Of a DNA stretch of 64,000 nt, positions 18,363 to 28,970 are shown in pieces. The stretch lies in NCBI GenBank assembly GCA_963674695.2, contig CAXXGI010000003.1, positions 768,001-832,000 of the forward strand, in the 5' to 3' direction. Position 1 is the stretch's first letter. Each line of letters begins with the position of its first letter. This DNA comes from a bacterium. GTDB taxonomy: Bacteria; UBA10199; 2-02-FULL-44-16; JAAZCA01. The notes under the pieces were generated by a model, which saw only the letters and a program-made list of their open reading frames with translations, ran no database searches and had not been told where the DNA came from. Made by a program: the position numbers and the translations under genes.

Positions 18363-20834
18363 ATGGGCGAGAGTGCGCAGACATGCCGTTGGGCGGATTC
18401 GAATCGCGTCGTTTCGATGGTTGAATCGCTGCACGCGGAGCTCGTCTGCGTCAACCGTCTCATCCGCGATCCAAGCGGGATCGAAGCCGACTCGCGCGCG
18501 GAGGAACTCGAAGGCTTGCGTCAGCGTTCCGAAGAATTGCGCGATGCTTTAGACGACCTCGACTTTCACTCCCTCACGACCGCCGACCTTCCCACATCGA
18601 GTTCCGTCTGGTCCGATTCGCTGGGCAGTTACATTCGCCTCATTCAACAGTTCACGACCGATGAACAATCACCGAACGCAATCGATTCCGAGGAGATGCA
18701 GATCCTCTCGAATGCCGCCGCACGCTCATCGGATTTTGGCGTCCGCTTCCTCTTCTTCTCGATGATCGTGGAGGATCGAGACCAGAACCCAGGCACATTC
18801 GTCACGCGTTACGGTGGCAACACAAGTTTCATTGACGACTACGAAGCCAGCGCCATCGGCGGCGTGAACCTCTGCCTCAACCTTCAGGACAAACCGCTCA
18901 TGCTCCCCTGCATCGAACGAGGGATATGGGATCACAACTATGCGATCGATGAAAACGCGCTCGTCTCCGTTGCGCCCTCAGTCTTCCCGACGATCGCGCC
19001 AGAGCTCAAAAAAGCATTTTCAACAAAAGCGATCGAACAGCTTCGAGCCCCCTCCGACCCGGTCGCCATCATAAAAACGATGCGCGAGCAGATCACCAAT
19101 ACGACGATCTTCTCCCTGCTCACCTACACGCTCTTCGAGAAGCTTCGTACGCCCGCGGCGGCCACCGTCTTTCAAACCACGCTCGCAAACATCGTCTCGC
19201 TCGAACCGGCCTTGGATCGCAAGACCAAGCAGATCTACGGCACGATCATCGACAAGGCAGCGCGTTCCTGGTTTCCGAAACAGGCCGAGGACTTCGCCGC
19301 GAAGACGCTCGCGCATCTGACCCATCGCCAGCATATCCCTGCTGGCTCCGTCGTCGGAGCAGATGGAAACACCAACCGCGCCGCATCGACGATGACGAGC
19401 TTTCACCCGGAGATCGCCGCGGATCTGCTCAAGGGGATGCAAAAAGAGATTCGCGCCACACTTCAAGTGATCGAATCGGTGGGCGACTTCATGGCCGCGC
19501 ACGTCGCACAACCACAGCAGTGCATCGAAGGACCACGCTCACCCTGGGAGAAAACGCCGGCCAATCTCGTACTGATCGATGCCTGGCGCACAAGTTTTTC
19601 CGACGACCTGAGCGAGTTGACCGGGCTGTCCGATGCCGACGGATCGATCGAACACTTCCTCGATATGCCAATCGATTTGACTGACGCCGAGGGCTACACT
19701 TTTCTCTCAAAAGTACTCACCAAGACCGAAATCTCCTGGAATGACGCGATGATCACCTACAGCGAGCGCCGCGATACGCTCTCGCGCCTCTTCTTCGACC
19801 GCAACCGCGATGTGGATGAGGCCTTCGCTGCCGCGCGGGCGGATCAGGATGTGCAGTACCTCTCCGGTGGCGCGGGAGCATTGGCGGGACTGCGTGCACA
19901 GACGATGCTCGGCCAGATGGGTTCGGCGATCGTTCCCTTCTTCATCGCCTCGATGGCCGGCGGCTATTGGAACAAGACCTCGCAGGCGATCGAGAGTCAG
20001 GAACAGGATCTGCCCATTCCGGTTCCACGCCCTCGCTCGGGGTTTCCGAAATCAGCCGAGGGCATGGGTGAGACGGGGGCGCTCGAACGCTATCAGATCG
20101 AAGCCCAGGAATGGAACCGGTTCATCCAGGCACTTCCGAATGAGGAGCAATTCGCCTTCCAGGTCGATGAACCGGTCCGAATCGATTGCACGTCGGATGC
20201 CGATCTCTGTTCGTTGGAGACGGGTTTCGCCGGAATGCCGATCGCCGCAGCGGTCGATCGGAAGGCGATCGGGGATGCGCTGCGCGGCATCAAGGATCGC
20301 ATCGGAACGCATCTGCCCAAGGCCCGCCGACTCATCCCGGGACAATGCGAAGTCTTCGGACTCTCGGCTGCCGTCTTCGATCTGGCAGCATGGCGACGAT
20401 TTCAGTTCAGCGCCGAAACCAGCGTGCGCCCGTTCGTGACGGGCATCGATGCGGATGGGGAATTCATTCGACAGACACCCGTTCAGATCGGCGGACATCT
20501 CTGGCCCGCACTCGGCGCACTGGCCGTCGCCGCGGGTTACGGTGTCTGCCGCACCTACGCCATCCGTCATGGAGGAAAGAAGGATCCGCCCAAGGAACCG
20601 AAGACCGCTGATCGCGCTCCCAAACCAGTCGTCGATGCAAAGAAGCTCGTCGAACCGGCTGCCTACACGATAGCGACGCTCTTTGCCGCCTACATGGCCA
20701 AACGCGCCGCCGCCGCTGCGGCGATTGCCATGGCCGACGGGCCGGAACCGTTCGTCGCCGATGCACTGGCCGGCGGATTCCTCATCGGCTCCGTCCTCAC
20801 CTTTCCGTTCTATTATAATGAAGGGATTGAATAG
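18363..20834 (+). CDS. Orphan 823-aa protein with C-terminal hydrophobic hairpin
   Basis: Long ORF with RBS; no family recognised; Ala/Gly-rich hydrophobic segments and ADGPEPF near the C-terminus. Confidence 0.75.
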   Translation: MGESAQTCRWADSNRVVSMVESLHAELVCVNRLIRDPSGIEADSRAEELEGLRQRSEELRDALDDLDFHSLTTADLPTSSSVWSDSLGSYIRLIQQFTTDEQSPNAIDSEEMQILSNAAARSSDFGVRFLFFSMIVEDRDQNPGTFVTRYGGNTSFIDDYEASAIGGVNLCLNLQDKPLMLPCIERGIWDHNYAIDENALVSVAPSVFPTIAPELKKAFSTKAIEQLRAPSDPVAIIKTMREQITNTTIFSLLTYTLFEKLRTPAAATVFQTTLANIVSLEPALDRKTKQIYGTIIDKAARSWFPKQAEDFAAKTLAHLTHRQHIPAGSVVGADGNTNRAASTMTSFHPEIAADLLKGMQKEIRATLQVIESVGDFMAAHVAQPQQCIEGPRSPWEKTPANLVLIDAWRTSFSDDLSELTGLSDADGSIEHFLDMPIDLTDAEGYTFLSKVLTKTEISWNDAMITYSERRDTLSRLFFDRNRDVDEAFAAARADQDVQYLSGGAGALAGLRAQTMLGQMGSAIVPFFIASMAGGYWNKTSQAIESQEQDLPIPVPRPRSGFPKSAEGMGETGALERYQIEAQEWNRFIQALPNEEQFAFQVDEPVRIDCTSDADLCSLETGFAGMPIAAAVDRKAIGDALRGIKDRIGTHLPKARRLIPGQCEVFGLSAAVFDLAAWRRFQFSAETSVRPFVTGIDADGEFIRQTPVQIGGHLWPALGALAVAAGYGVCRTYAIRHGGKKDPPKEPKTADRAPKPVVDAKKLVEPAAYTIATLFAAYMAKRAAAAAAIAMADGPEPFVADALAGGFLIGSVLTFPFYYNEGIE

Positions 20835-20847
20835 GTTTCTGCACGCT

Positions 20848-20916
20848 GTCATTCCCGCGAAGGCGGGAATCTCGAAGTACGTGAACAATCGAGATTCCCG
20901 CCTTCGCGGGAATGAC
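20848..20916. repeat. dRS3-like palindrome doublet
   Basis: GTCATTCCCGCGAAGGCGGGAATCTCGA...TCGAGATTCCCGCCTTCGCGGGAATGAC. Confidence 0.9.
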
Positions 20917-20952
20917 CCCTTTAAGAATACGACCTTTTGTATTGTACTCCGA

Positions 20953-22818
20953 CTACTCCTCTTTCGCTTCCGGCAGATCGACCTCGTAGAGACTGGTATC
21001 GATGTCGTTGCGATAGACGGCGGGAATGGCATCCTCGTAGAAGAACTTCTCGAGCATGTAGTTGGTGAGAAAGATGGCAGCGACGTTTCCCGCGATGTCG
21101 AAGGCATAGCGCGCGACGTTCTTGCCCTGAAGACCCTTGGCGACCCAGCGACAGCCCTTGTTGACCCAGCTCTTGATGCGACTCGTGCTCTTGTACCCCT
21201 CATGCCAGATGCGTTTGGGACCTGTGGGGACAACGGAAACCTTCGGTTTGAGCACGACGCCGATTTCCTCGGCCTGCGCGCGCAGATCACGCGACATCGC
21301 CTTGAAGCGCTCGCCGAATTTCGACGCATCCGCCGCATTCTCCGGACGGTATTTGATGAAATCCTCTTCGGCGGCCGCCATCATCTCGCCGGCGAGCTGT
21401 CCCAACTCCTGCTGGGCCTGGCGCGCAGATGCCGCGAGCCCCTTCACCTGGGCGCGAGATCCGCCGGCCTCTGCAATCCCTTTCATCTCACGCAGGGTAT
21501 CGCCCGCCTTCTTCGCGGTTGCGGCGACCTCATCCACGCGCGCCACGCCCTGCTCCATCGTCCGGGCCCATTTCAGCGCGCCCTCGCCTCCATCCTGAAG
21601 CATCCGCGGGCGTTCGACCGCATAGAGCCCTTTGAGCTGTCGACCGATGTCGTCGATGCTCGCTTCGAAGGAGAGCCCCAGACCGGCCTTTGATGCCTTC
21701 GTCCCCGAGGCAAAGAAGGTCTCGGGCGGCTGTCGCAAGAGGCGCAGCGCATCGGTCCGCTCGCGCATCCGGTTTGCCATCCAGTCAAACGGCTTGCGCC
21801 CGCGCCCCTCGACGAGAAAGTCGAAGGCGAGTTCGCCCGCATTGCCGCCGATGTGACCGGCGTTGGTAAACATCGCCAGCGTCGGACCCATGTCGCCCGT
21901 GGGACCGTAGAGCCACATCGTGTGACCCAGGCGTTCGAAGAAACTCCCTTCAAGATCATCCCACTTGTCCTGATTGACGAGCATCAGCCCCATGTCGAAC
22001 GCGGTCCACCCGAGAAAGGTCCCCGCATTGATCGCGAAGAACTTGCCCGCGATCTGCGCGCGCGTGGCGGGCATGACGTTGGGCCCCACCCAGTTCTTGC
22101 CGTAGAGCAGACGTCCCCCCATCGATGACGCGCGCTCCTGCAGAAAGGCCGATCGCTCGAGCATCGGCACGAGGCGGTTTTGGAGATTATACTGCACGCC
22201 CGTCTGCGCCAAGGCATAGGCGCCGGTCGTGGCAAAAGCACCGAGATAGAGGTTCTCTTCCGACGCGCCAACTTTTTCCGAAAGCCAGGTATTCCAGGAC
22301 GTCGGATAGCCGTCATTGGGTACACCGAGAGAATCCGACTGGAGCTGTTTGGACAACCCCCACCCGCCATCGAGCGCCAGGCGAAAAGCGAAATGCGCTC
22401 CGACCTCGCCGAAGAATTTGCGCATGCCCAACCGCTGACCAACAGCAAAGCCACGCGGCGGCAGAAAGCGCTGAAAAAAGCGGGACGCCTCAAAATCACC
22501 GGTGTTGCCGAACTTGCCACTGTCGGCGAAGAAAAGCGGTTTCAAGAAAAAGGAATTGCGCGGCCAGATATGATCGCCCCAATCGAAGGAGGGTTCCTGC
22601 CCGTCGACCGCATCGACTTCGAGCACAGAGCCGTCGGCTCCCATCGTCACCGCGGCCGTCTCGCCATCATCGATCTGTTGCTTCAGTTCACGCGTCTTGG
22701 CGCCGTCGAGCAGGAGCGTTCCGTTCGCTCCGACCGAAAGCGTCGGAACCCCCTCCCAAGGATCGGAGGAGACGCGCCCATCCGAAAAATCGCGCTGAGG
22801 AATTCGCGTTTCGCTCAT
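20953..22818 (-). CDS. Orphan 621-aa protein with hydrophobic segments and coiled-coil-like region
   Basis: Long ORF whose start overlaps the GH13 stop, AGGAGGAG RBS; Ala/Lys/Glu-rich helical stretch and hydrophobic helix near the C-terminus. Confidence 0.75.
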   Translation of the reverse strand: MSETRIPQRDFSDGRVSSDPWEGVPTLSVGANGTLLLDGAKTRELKQQIDDGETAAVTMGADGSVLEVDAVDGQEPSFDWGDHIWPRNSFFLKPLFFADSGKFGNTGDFEASRFFQRFLPPRGFAVGQRLGMRKFFGEVGAHFAFRLALDGGWGLSKQLQSDSLGVPNDGYPTSWNTWLSEKVGASEENLYLGAFATTGAYALAQTGVQYNLQNRLVPMLERSAFLQERASSMGGRLLYGKNWVGPNVMPATRAQIAGKFFAINAGTFLGWTAFDMGLMLVNQDKWDDLEGSFFERLGHTMWLYGPTGDMGPTLAMFTNAGHIGGNAGELAFDFLVEGRGRKPFDWMANRMRERTDALRLLRQPPETFFASGTKASKAGLGLSFEASIDDIGRQLKGLYAVERPRMLQDGGEGALKWARTMEQGVARVDEVAATAKKAGDTLREMKGIAEAGGSRAQVKGLAASARQAQQELGQLAGEMMAAAEEDFIKYRPENAADASKFGERFKAMSRDLRAQAEEIGVVLKPKVSVVPTGPKRIWHEGYKSTSRIKSWVNKGCRWVAKGLQGKNVARYAFDIAGNVAAIFLTNYMLEKFFYEDAIPAVYRNDIDTSLYEVDLPEAKEE

Positions 22819-25295
22819 AAACTCCTCCTTTTCTGCGAAACGCCGAGATAGTCGGCGGGGATGCCGGCTTCATCGCTTCCGCGCCGCTCCAAAATCACGG
22901 TGCGCCACTCGGGCTTGATGAGAACACGTCCGTCGCGAATATCGATGATCTCTTCCTCTTTCCCCGCGTTGCGAAGCCGATACCGTCCGTCGGCCGGGTA
23001 GAGGGCGCCCTTGACCTTCTTGACGCGCTCCGACGTCATGCGCTTGGGATCGGGCGCATGCGGCAGCAGTTCACCCTGTGGAATGGCGGCCGTTCCGTTT
23101 TCAATCTGATAGGTGATCCCCGTGGCGCTGTTCGTCCAGACCTGATCGGGAAACGTGATGCGCCCATTGGCACCGACTTCCATGTAGCGCTCCCAGACCG
23201 GGTCGAAGTAGGTGCCGGGAACGGGCTTGATGTGCCCCTCATCCGTTACCTGGTAATTGATCGTGGTGATCGGATCCTCATAGAACCCCGCCGGGAACTT
23301 GACCTTGAGTTCTGAGAGCACCGAATCGGCATCCTCGTCGATCGCATCCCCTTCAGGGCGGACATGCACATAGAGCATTTCATCGATATCCCGGAAGGAG
23401 CGGTGGATGACGAGCCGATTTTCATCCCCCTCCGTCTCCATCGTGCCGTAGCGCAGCGCAAGCATATTGTTGCGCGTCATCGCATTGAGCCGAACGCCCA
23501 GGCGCTCCATTGGATAGCGTTGAGTCCCATCGGTCGGAATGTCGAGCATCGGACGGTTATAGGGATCTCCGCCGCGACCGAACAGACCGCTGTGCCATCC
23601 GGCGTCGATCTTGCGCTGCAGGTCCGGTGCATAGACGTAGGGCATTCCGGGCAAGATGTACGAGGAGATCACCGCCTGCTCGTGTTCGACGTCGGAGGGC
23701 CATCCCCCGCCGTTCAAGAAGAGCGGCACGTCGTGGTTGCTCGTGATCGGGCAGAGCTGCTGCTGCCAGGAAAGCGGATAGTGTGACAAACGATCGAGAT
23801 GTTTGTGCATTGCCTCGAGCGACCGATCACGACCACCGAAGGACGTGCGCACACTGTGCATAAAGCCGAAATCGAAGAGGTCGACCATCTTCTCGACATC
23901 GGTCTGTCCGCCCAGATAGGCGTGCATCCCCGCGTCGAACATATCCATCGGATGGAGCAGGTCGAACCATTCACCGACGATCGGAGAATATCCGTCCTTG
24001 GCCGCGCGCATACGACCGGCGGAATTGAAGATGACGTTCTCCCAATACTGCGGATAGCGATTGCACTCCTCGGGATTGAGGACATAGAGCAGCGTGTCGA
24101 AGCGCGCACCGCCGGCATGCTCGGCCCAACGATCGGCCGTACGCAGGATGAGATCGTAGGCCTTGGAATTGCCGTAGACATTGAGATCGACAAGCCCCAT
24201 AAGCGATTGTGTTTCGAGCTTTCGCCAGTGGGCGCAGCGGTCGAGCGGAAAAAAGCCCCAGTGTTTGATATAGCGCGTATGATGGAACGCGGCGCGATCA
24301 AAGCCGGAGGCGAACGGGTCGCCGTTGACTTCCGTCTTTTCGAGCCCCAATTTCTCATGCTCTTTCCAATAGTCGAAGACCAGCTGATCCCGAAAAAACA
24401 CCTTTCCGCCATCCATCACATCGCCACACTCTTTGCGATAGGCTTCATACACCTCAGGACAGTCGCGAAAGTTTTCGTCGCCCACCGGTCCACAGCGCTC
24501 GAGCACTTCCGGCGTTGCCGCCTTCTCGATGATATTGAGCGTCTGTTCGAGCCCACAGTTCGTCCCCAATCGTCCCGCATGGTTCATGATGAGATCGACC
24601 TGAACCGTCATCCCCGCCGCACGCAGGGCCGACATCGTCTGTATGAAAAGCTCCTCATCCTTCGCGCGTGAAACACCGGAGCCGTAGTGCGGATCCAGCC
24701 AACCGAAGTTTCGCCCCCAGTATCCGTGCGGACCCGAGGCCCGCACCTGTTCGCCAGCATCGTTATAATAGGTCACATATCCGACCGTATTCTCCCAGAG
24801 GGGACTCATCCAGAGAACGTCGAAGCCCAACCCCTGCAAATAGGGAATGCCCTGCTCGACGCCTTCGAGGTCACCGCCGAAGAAGAGCCCGGGGCTCTCC
24901 TTTGTTTCATCATAGGTCGCCTCCATGATGAACCGGCAGCGCTCGCGTTCTGTTTCGGTCGTGCCGACATCATCACAGGCATAGGTGGGAACATTGTTAT
25001 CGGGGTTGCCATCGCGAAAGCGGTCGATGTTCCCCATCTGCAGGCCATGCGCGGGAAGCCCCATGGCGGCGATGCGATAGAACTCGATGGCAAATTGGTC
25101 GGTGAAGTTTCCAGCGTTATCGATATAACGAGAAGTCTCGGTTCCCTCTGCGAAGTCGATCTCATGGGGTTCCGGAACACCGGGGTGCGTGCCGTCGCGC
25201 ATCCACTTCCAGGGGACGCTCTGTCCGAACTTTTCCTCGACCAGGCGTTGGTAGTACGCGAACATCCTCGGCGTCATCTTGGTAAATGGTGTCAT
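22815..25295 (-). CDS. GH13 alpha-amylase/CGTase-like enzyme without signal peptide
   Basis: DRFRDGNPDNN, GGDLEG, HGYW, DLIMNH, RFD, GEWF, NHD, GGDPYNR; extra N- and C-terminal segments and Cys-containing inserts. Confidence 0.85.
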   Translation of the reverse strand: MTPFTKMTPRMFAYYQRLVEEKFGQSVPWKWMRDGTHPGVPEPHEIDFAEGTETSRYIDNAGNFTDQFAIEFYRIAAMGLPAHGLQMGNIDRFRDGNPDNNVPTYACDDVGTTETERERCRFIMEATYDETKESPGLFFGGDLEGVEQGIPYLQGLGFDVLWMSPLWENTVGYVTYYNDAGEQVRASGPHGYWGRNFGWLDPHYGSGVSRAKDEELFIQTMSALRAAGMTVQVDLIMNHAGRLGTNCGLEQTLNIIEKAATPEVLERCGPVGDENFRDCPEVYEAYRKECGDVMDGGKVFFRDQLVFDYWKEHEKLGLEKTEVNGDPFASGFDRAAFHHTRYIKHWGFFPLDRCAHWRKLETQSLMGLVDLNVYGNSKAYDLILRTADRWAEHAGGARFDTLLYVLNPEECNRYPQYWENVIFNSAGRMRAAKDGYSPIVGEWFDLLHPMDMFDAGMHAYLGGQTDVEKMVDLFDFGFMHSVRTSFGGRDRSLEAMHKHLDRLSHYPLSWQQQLCPITSNHDVPLFLNGGGWPSDVEHEQAVISSYILPGMPYVYAPDLQRKIDAGWHSGLFGRGGDPYNRPMLDIPTDGTQRYPMERLGVRLNAMTRNNMLALRYGTMETEGDENRLVIHRSFRDIDEMLYVHVRPEGDAIDEDADSVLSELKVKFPAGFYEDPITTINYQVTDEGHIKPVPGTYFDPVWERYMEVGANGRITFPDQVWTNSATGITYQIENGTAAIPQGELLPHAPDPKRMTSERVKKVKGALYPADGRYRLRNAGKEEEIIDIRDGRVLIKPEWRTVILERRGSDEAGIPADYLGVSQKRRSL

Positions 25296-25309
25296 AAGTC
25301 CCCTTATCC

Positions 25310-26308
25310 CTATTGACGCATGCTATTCGCCGCTTCGGCCTCTCGGCGTACCACGGCATCGGAATCCTTGCGCAACTGCTCGATCACGGGATCGGCACGC
25401 TCGGCAAAGAGCTTGATCAACATCCAGGCAAACGTCTTTTCCTGGCTATCGCTGCTTGTCACCATTCCGTTGCGTATCAGATACGCGATCGCCTTTGGAC
25501 CGATCTTGATCAGCGCCTCGACGATGGCGGTCTTCAACATGCGCGAACGCGGGAAACGATCGACGTACGCCTCCCCCTCCTCACTCAGGGCCAGTTTGAT
25601 CAGCTGCGGCACCAGCGCTGAGGCCTTTTGACCGTATTCGCCCGCGGCCCAGACGGTGGTAAAGAGCACCCGCGAGCTCTTGAGAAAGAGATGTTGGTGC
25701 AGCACCGGCAGCACCTCTTCGGGAAGCGCGCGATGCGCGCCAAGTGTGGAGAGCGCGGCAACCTGAAGAGGAAAATCCTCCGGGTGTTTATCCTTCTGCC
25801 ACATCAGGATCGGTTCATCCTCGAGGACCTCGAGCATCCCCTCGGCGATCTCATCGCGCAGTTCCACGTTGGCCACCGGCGTATAGCGCAGTTCCCAGAT
25901 CGCCGCCTCGCGCCGTGCGTCATTCTTGAACCAGCCGCTCTGCGCGGCATCGATGAGCCAGCGCACGCGATCGTGCTGAACCAGCTCGCCATTTTTGCCC
26001 GCCACAAGGCACAAAAAAGACCGGGGGATACCGGCCGTGCTCGCATCATCAAATTCCTCGGGGGTCACCTGCGCCGTTCGCGTAAGGCTCGGATCATCGC
26101 TCAAGGTAAAATTGAGCGCATTCTGGAGCGGGGCACAGAATTCGGAGAGCCCCAGTTTCGCGCACTCGGTCTGGCCGAAGCCTTCCGGGCCTTCCGCCGC
26201 CGCCTGCCGTACCGCTTGAGCCAACGGTGCATTCCACGCGATGGACATCATCGCCTCCTTTGTCATTCCAGCGTCCATCTCCTCCCGCAAGATGCGCTCA
26301 TCGTTCAA
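25310..26308 (-). CDS. HEAT-repeat protein
   Basis: Repeated LP.L...L...R..A..ALG-type helices (VPQLIKLA, AIVEALIKIG, D.D..VRREA). Confidence 0.7.
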   Translation of the reverse strand: MNDERILREEMDAGMTKEAMMSIAWNAPLAQAVRQAAAEGPEGFGQTECAKLGLSEFCAPLQNALNFTLSDDPSLTRTAQVTPEEFDDASTAGIPRSFLCLVAGKNGELVQHDRVRWLIDAAQSGWFKNDARREAAIWELRYTPVANVELRDEIAEGMLEVLEDEPILMWQKDKHPEDFPLQVAALSTLGAHRALPEEVLPVLHQHLFLKSSRVLFTTVWAAGEYGQKASALVPQLIKLALSEEGEAYVDRFPRSRMLKTAIVEALIKIGPKAIAYLIRNGMVTSSDSQEKTFAWMLIKLFAERADPVIEQLRKDSDAVVRREAEAANSMRQ

Positions 26309-26810
26309 GCTTCTTGCGACACATGAACGTGCAATTCAAATCGTCGTTGAACCAGATCTCGATATCGATCCCGGTCATCGCCTTGATCGCTGAGGCCACA
26401 ACCACCAGATCCTTGCGCAGCTCCGGACGGTCGGTGATATCAGCACTAAAAGATCCGCAGCCGTTGTCCAGCTCGCGGATCACATTCCCCTTCGCATCGT
26501 TGAGTTCGATCCAATAGAAGGTCTTGCTCTGACCTAACCGGCGAAAATGGTAGGAGAAGTGCACCGTGTGATCGCCATCGCGCACGTCAAACGCATACGA
26601 CTCCTGTGCCGAATTTCCCGTTTGATAGGCGGACTTGCGCATGGAGGGCTCTGCACAGCTCTTGACCATCTCCACAGAGTAGGCATCCATGTCGAATGCC
26701 GTTTCGGGTTGGGCGCAGGTCTTCTTAAAATAGGACCGCAGCTGACTGAGTATTTTTTCTTCGGTGCGATAGGACGCGCAGTAGCGTTCACTTGCATTGA
26801 AATCCGGCAT
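26298..26810 (-). CDS. Hypothetical protein (170 aa)
   Basis: AAGGAGG RBS before ATG 26810; stop overlaps the next gene. Confidence 0.65.
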   Translation of the reverse strand: MPDFNASERYCASYRTEEKILSQLRSYFKKTCAQPETAFDMDAYSVEMVKSCAEPSMRKSAYQTGNSAQESYAFDVRDGDHTVHFSYHFRRLGQSKTFYWIELNDAKGNVIRELDNGCGSFSADITDRPELRKDLVVVASAIKAMTGIDIEIWFNDDLNCTFMCRKKLER

Positions 26811-26830
26811 GACCCCCTCCTTCCATCCCC

Positions 26831-26857
26831 TTATCGCGGTTTCAGCGAAAAAGTTGC
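26831..26857 (-). promoter_or_regulatory. Shared promoter-like motif (copy 3)
   Basis: GCAACTTT-N11-CGCGATAA. Confidence 0.65.
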
Positions 26858-27165
26858 GCCCTTTTTCCTCCTCCACCAGGCCCGGCACGACAAACCAAAA
26901 TTGCACCAAAATCAGGCCGTTAGGGCATTTGCGCCCAGAGGTGTGGCATGCACCCGTTTGTATTGTCAAGGGGGCAAACGAGGGACTGTCTCTTGCATGA
27001 ACAGATCTTCAGTTCCGATCAATGCCAGCACGATCAAACCACGCCCAAGCAAACCGCTCGCACCACACGACCATTGTAAAAAACGCGTGACATTTCAGCG
27101 CTCTTTGAGTACTTCGCGTGCAACATCGAACAACACACTCGCTGCCGAGGAGAACCATCCCGACC

Positions 27166-28347
27166 ATGACGCTTTTTTCGCGAATCCTCTGCACCCTCCT
27201 CGTCCTCCTTGCATCGTGCCTCATCACGACCCGAGCAGCTCATGCCTCGCACGTCGGCTACGACTGGGGCTTGTATCTGGCCAGCGACGACTGGAACTAC
27301 AAGCTCACCTTCAGCGGCGGCGTGTTGCCCCGCTTTCAATACCGCAAACAGAACGACGCGCTCTGGCAACCGACGCTCGTCACCTTCATGGAATCGGCCT
27401 ATATCGTCGTGAAGTTCGATTCGGCCAAGGGGTTCAAGTCGGAGTTCACCTTCGGACACGGAACGGGTGCACCGGAATATGCAACCGTCAACATCGGTAA
27501 TGCCTGGGTTCAATACTGGGTCAACAAATACCTCGAAATTCGAATGGGCACACTCTCGCTGCCGCTCAGCTTCGGGGTCGACGGTGGATGGATGCTGCTC
27601 AACGATCCGCCCATCACCTTCACCCAATGGGACGGCATCAACAACTACGTCCCCTATCAGATCGTAACTCCGCTGCGTTCGAGCTTCGGTTCCCCCTGGG
27701 CCTTGGGGCTGCGCCTCACCGGAAAAGTCTGGAAGATGCTCTACCAGTTTGCCGTCATCAACGGAAACGAGAGCAACTTCATCGACAACCCGAACAAGCG
27801 CATGAACTTCGGCGGACGGGTGCGCTTCGATATCCTGGGCGACACCGACATGGAGAAGGAGACCGACTACAGCTACAGCGAAACGCCGCAGCTCTCGGTC
27901 AACCTCGGCTCCATCTATGAAGGGAAACGCACCGATCCCTACACCGGAGCCGATGTCAGATACTGGTGGACCTCGACGCTGGGCGTTGGCCTTCGCTGGA
28001 AGGGATTTGCGCTCACCAGCGAGGGCTACTATCGGAGAACGCGCTTCAATACGCTCGGCACCGCCACCTGGGCGCGCTACAAGCTGACCGATATCGGGTA
28101 CTATGTGGGGTTGGGATACTATATCATCCCGAAGAAACTGGAGCTGGCCGCCCTCGGCGCACAGATCATCCGGCAGGGACCCGACAACGACTCCCACCAG
28201 CTCGGCGGAAGCGTCAACTGGTACATCCACGGCTACAACCTCAAAATCCAGACCTCCTACAACTGGAAAGAAGACTTCGACGACGTCGCCGGCACGGAGA
28301 ACAACCACATCCATACCGTCGACATCTGCCTGCAAGCGCGATTCTGA
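27166..28347 (+). CDS. Outer-membrane beta-barrel porin (OprO/OprP-like)
   Basis: Signal peptide, aromatic-rich alternating strands, G.NWY..G.N.K.Q..Y, terminal Phe; substrate is inference. Confidence 0.75.
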   Translation: MTLFSRILCTLLVLLASCLITTRAAHASHVGYDWGLYLASDDWNYKLTFSGGVLPRFQYRKQNDALWQPTLVTFMESAYIVVKFDSAKGFKSEFTFGHGTGAPEYATVNIGNAWVQYWVNKYLEIRMGTLSLPLSFGVDGGWMLLNDPPITFTQWDGINNYVPYQIVTPLRSSFGSPWALGLRLTGKVWKMLYQFAVINGNESNFIDNPNKRMNFGGRVRFDILGDTDMEKETDYSYSETPQLSVNLGSIYEGKRTDPYTGADVRYWWTSTLGVGLRWKGFALTSEGYYRRTRFNTLGTATWARYKLTDIGYYVGLGYYIIPKKLELAALGAQIIRQGPDNDSHQLGGSVNWYIHGYNLKIQTSYNWKEDFDDVAGTENNHIHTVDICLQARF

Positions 28348-28473
28348 ATTCTACTGCTCACCATTTGATCTGATCACATCATAATAACGTTATTATTCCC
28401 TCTGGCATCTAAGACCGAAACGGAAAACCGATAACCGATTGGGAGAATCCGATATACCGATAACGGAACCGGA

Positions 28474-28701
28474 TCAGGAGAGTCTCCTGATCCGGTTGTA
28501 TGCTGCTCGCAGAATCGCTTTATTCTCCTCCTGTACTCTTGCCGGAATCAAGGAGAATGCGGCGGCCAGATCCAGGCCCGCTGCCACCTCCGCGATAGAC
28601 CCCATCGAGATCTGAAAGAAGCGCTTTCGTTCACGTGGTTGCCCCCGCTTGCCGTTGCCCTCCGCCAAGTTGAGCACAGCAGACGATATGGCCCTTCTGA
28701 G
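28474..28701 (-). pseudogene. Four-helix-bundle (23S rRNA IVP/TIGR02436-like) gene fragment, 5'-truncated
   Basis: LRRA.SS.VLNLAEG....R.RFF.IS.GS..E motif; in-frame TGA five codons upstream of LRRA. Confidence 0.75.
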
Positions 28702-28970
28702 ACGACGGTGTTTTCACCTACAGCCCATTCAGAATATCTCTCACGCCGATCTATCGGACAGGGCCCACCTGATGATGATGTTGATGCCGATGCTGATCGG
28801 ATTCGATCATCCGTTTTTCCGTTTCGGTGTCTCTGTTATCCCAATCGGTTCTCCAAATCGGTAAATCTCGATGATCCATGAGCAATGATGTCGAAAAGTG
28901 GTCATAGGCGACCACCACAAAGGCCGTTCGTGGTGGTCAGATTTTACCACTTTGGCGCACCACTTCAGTC

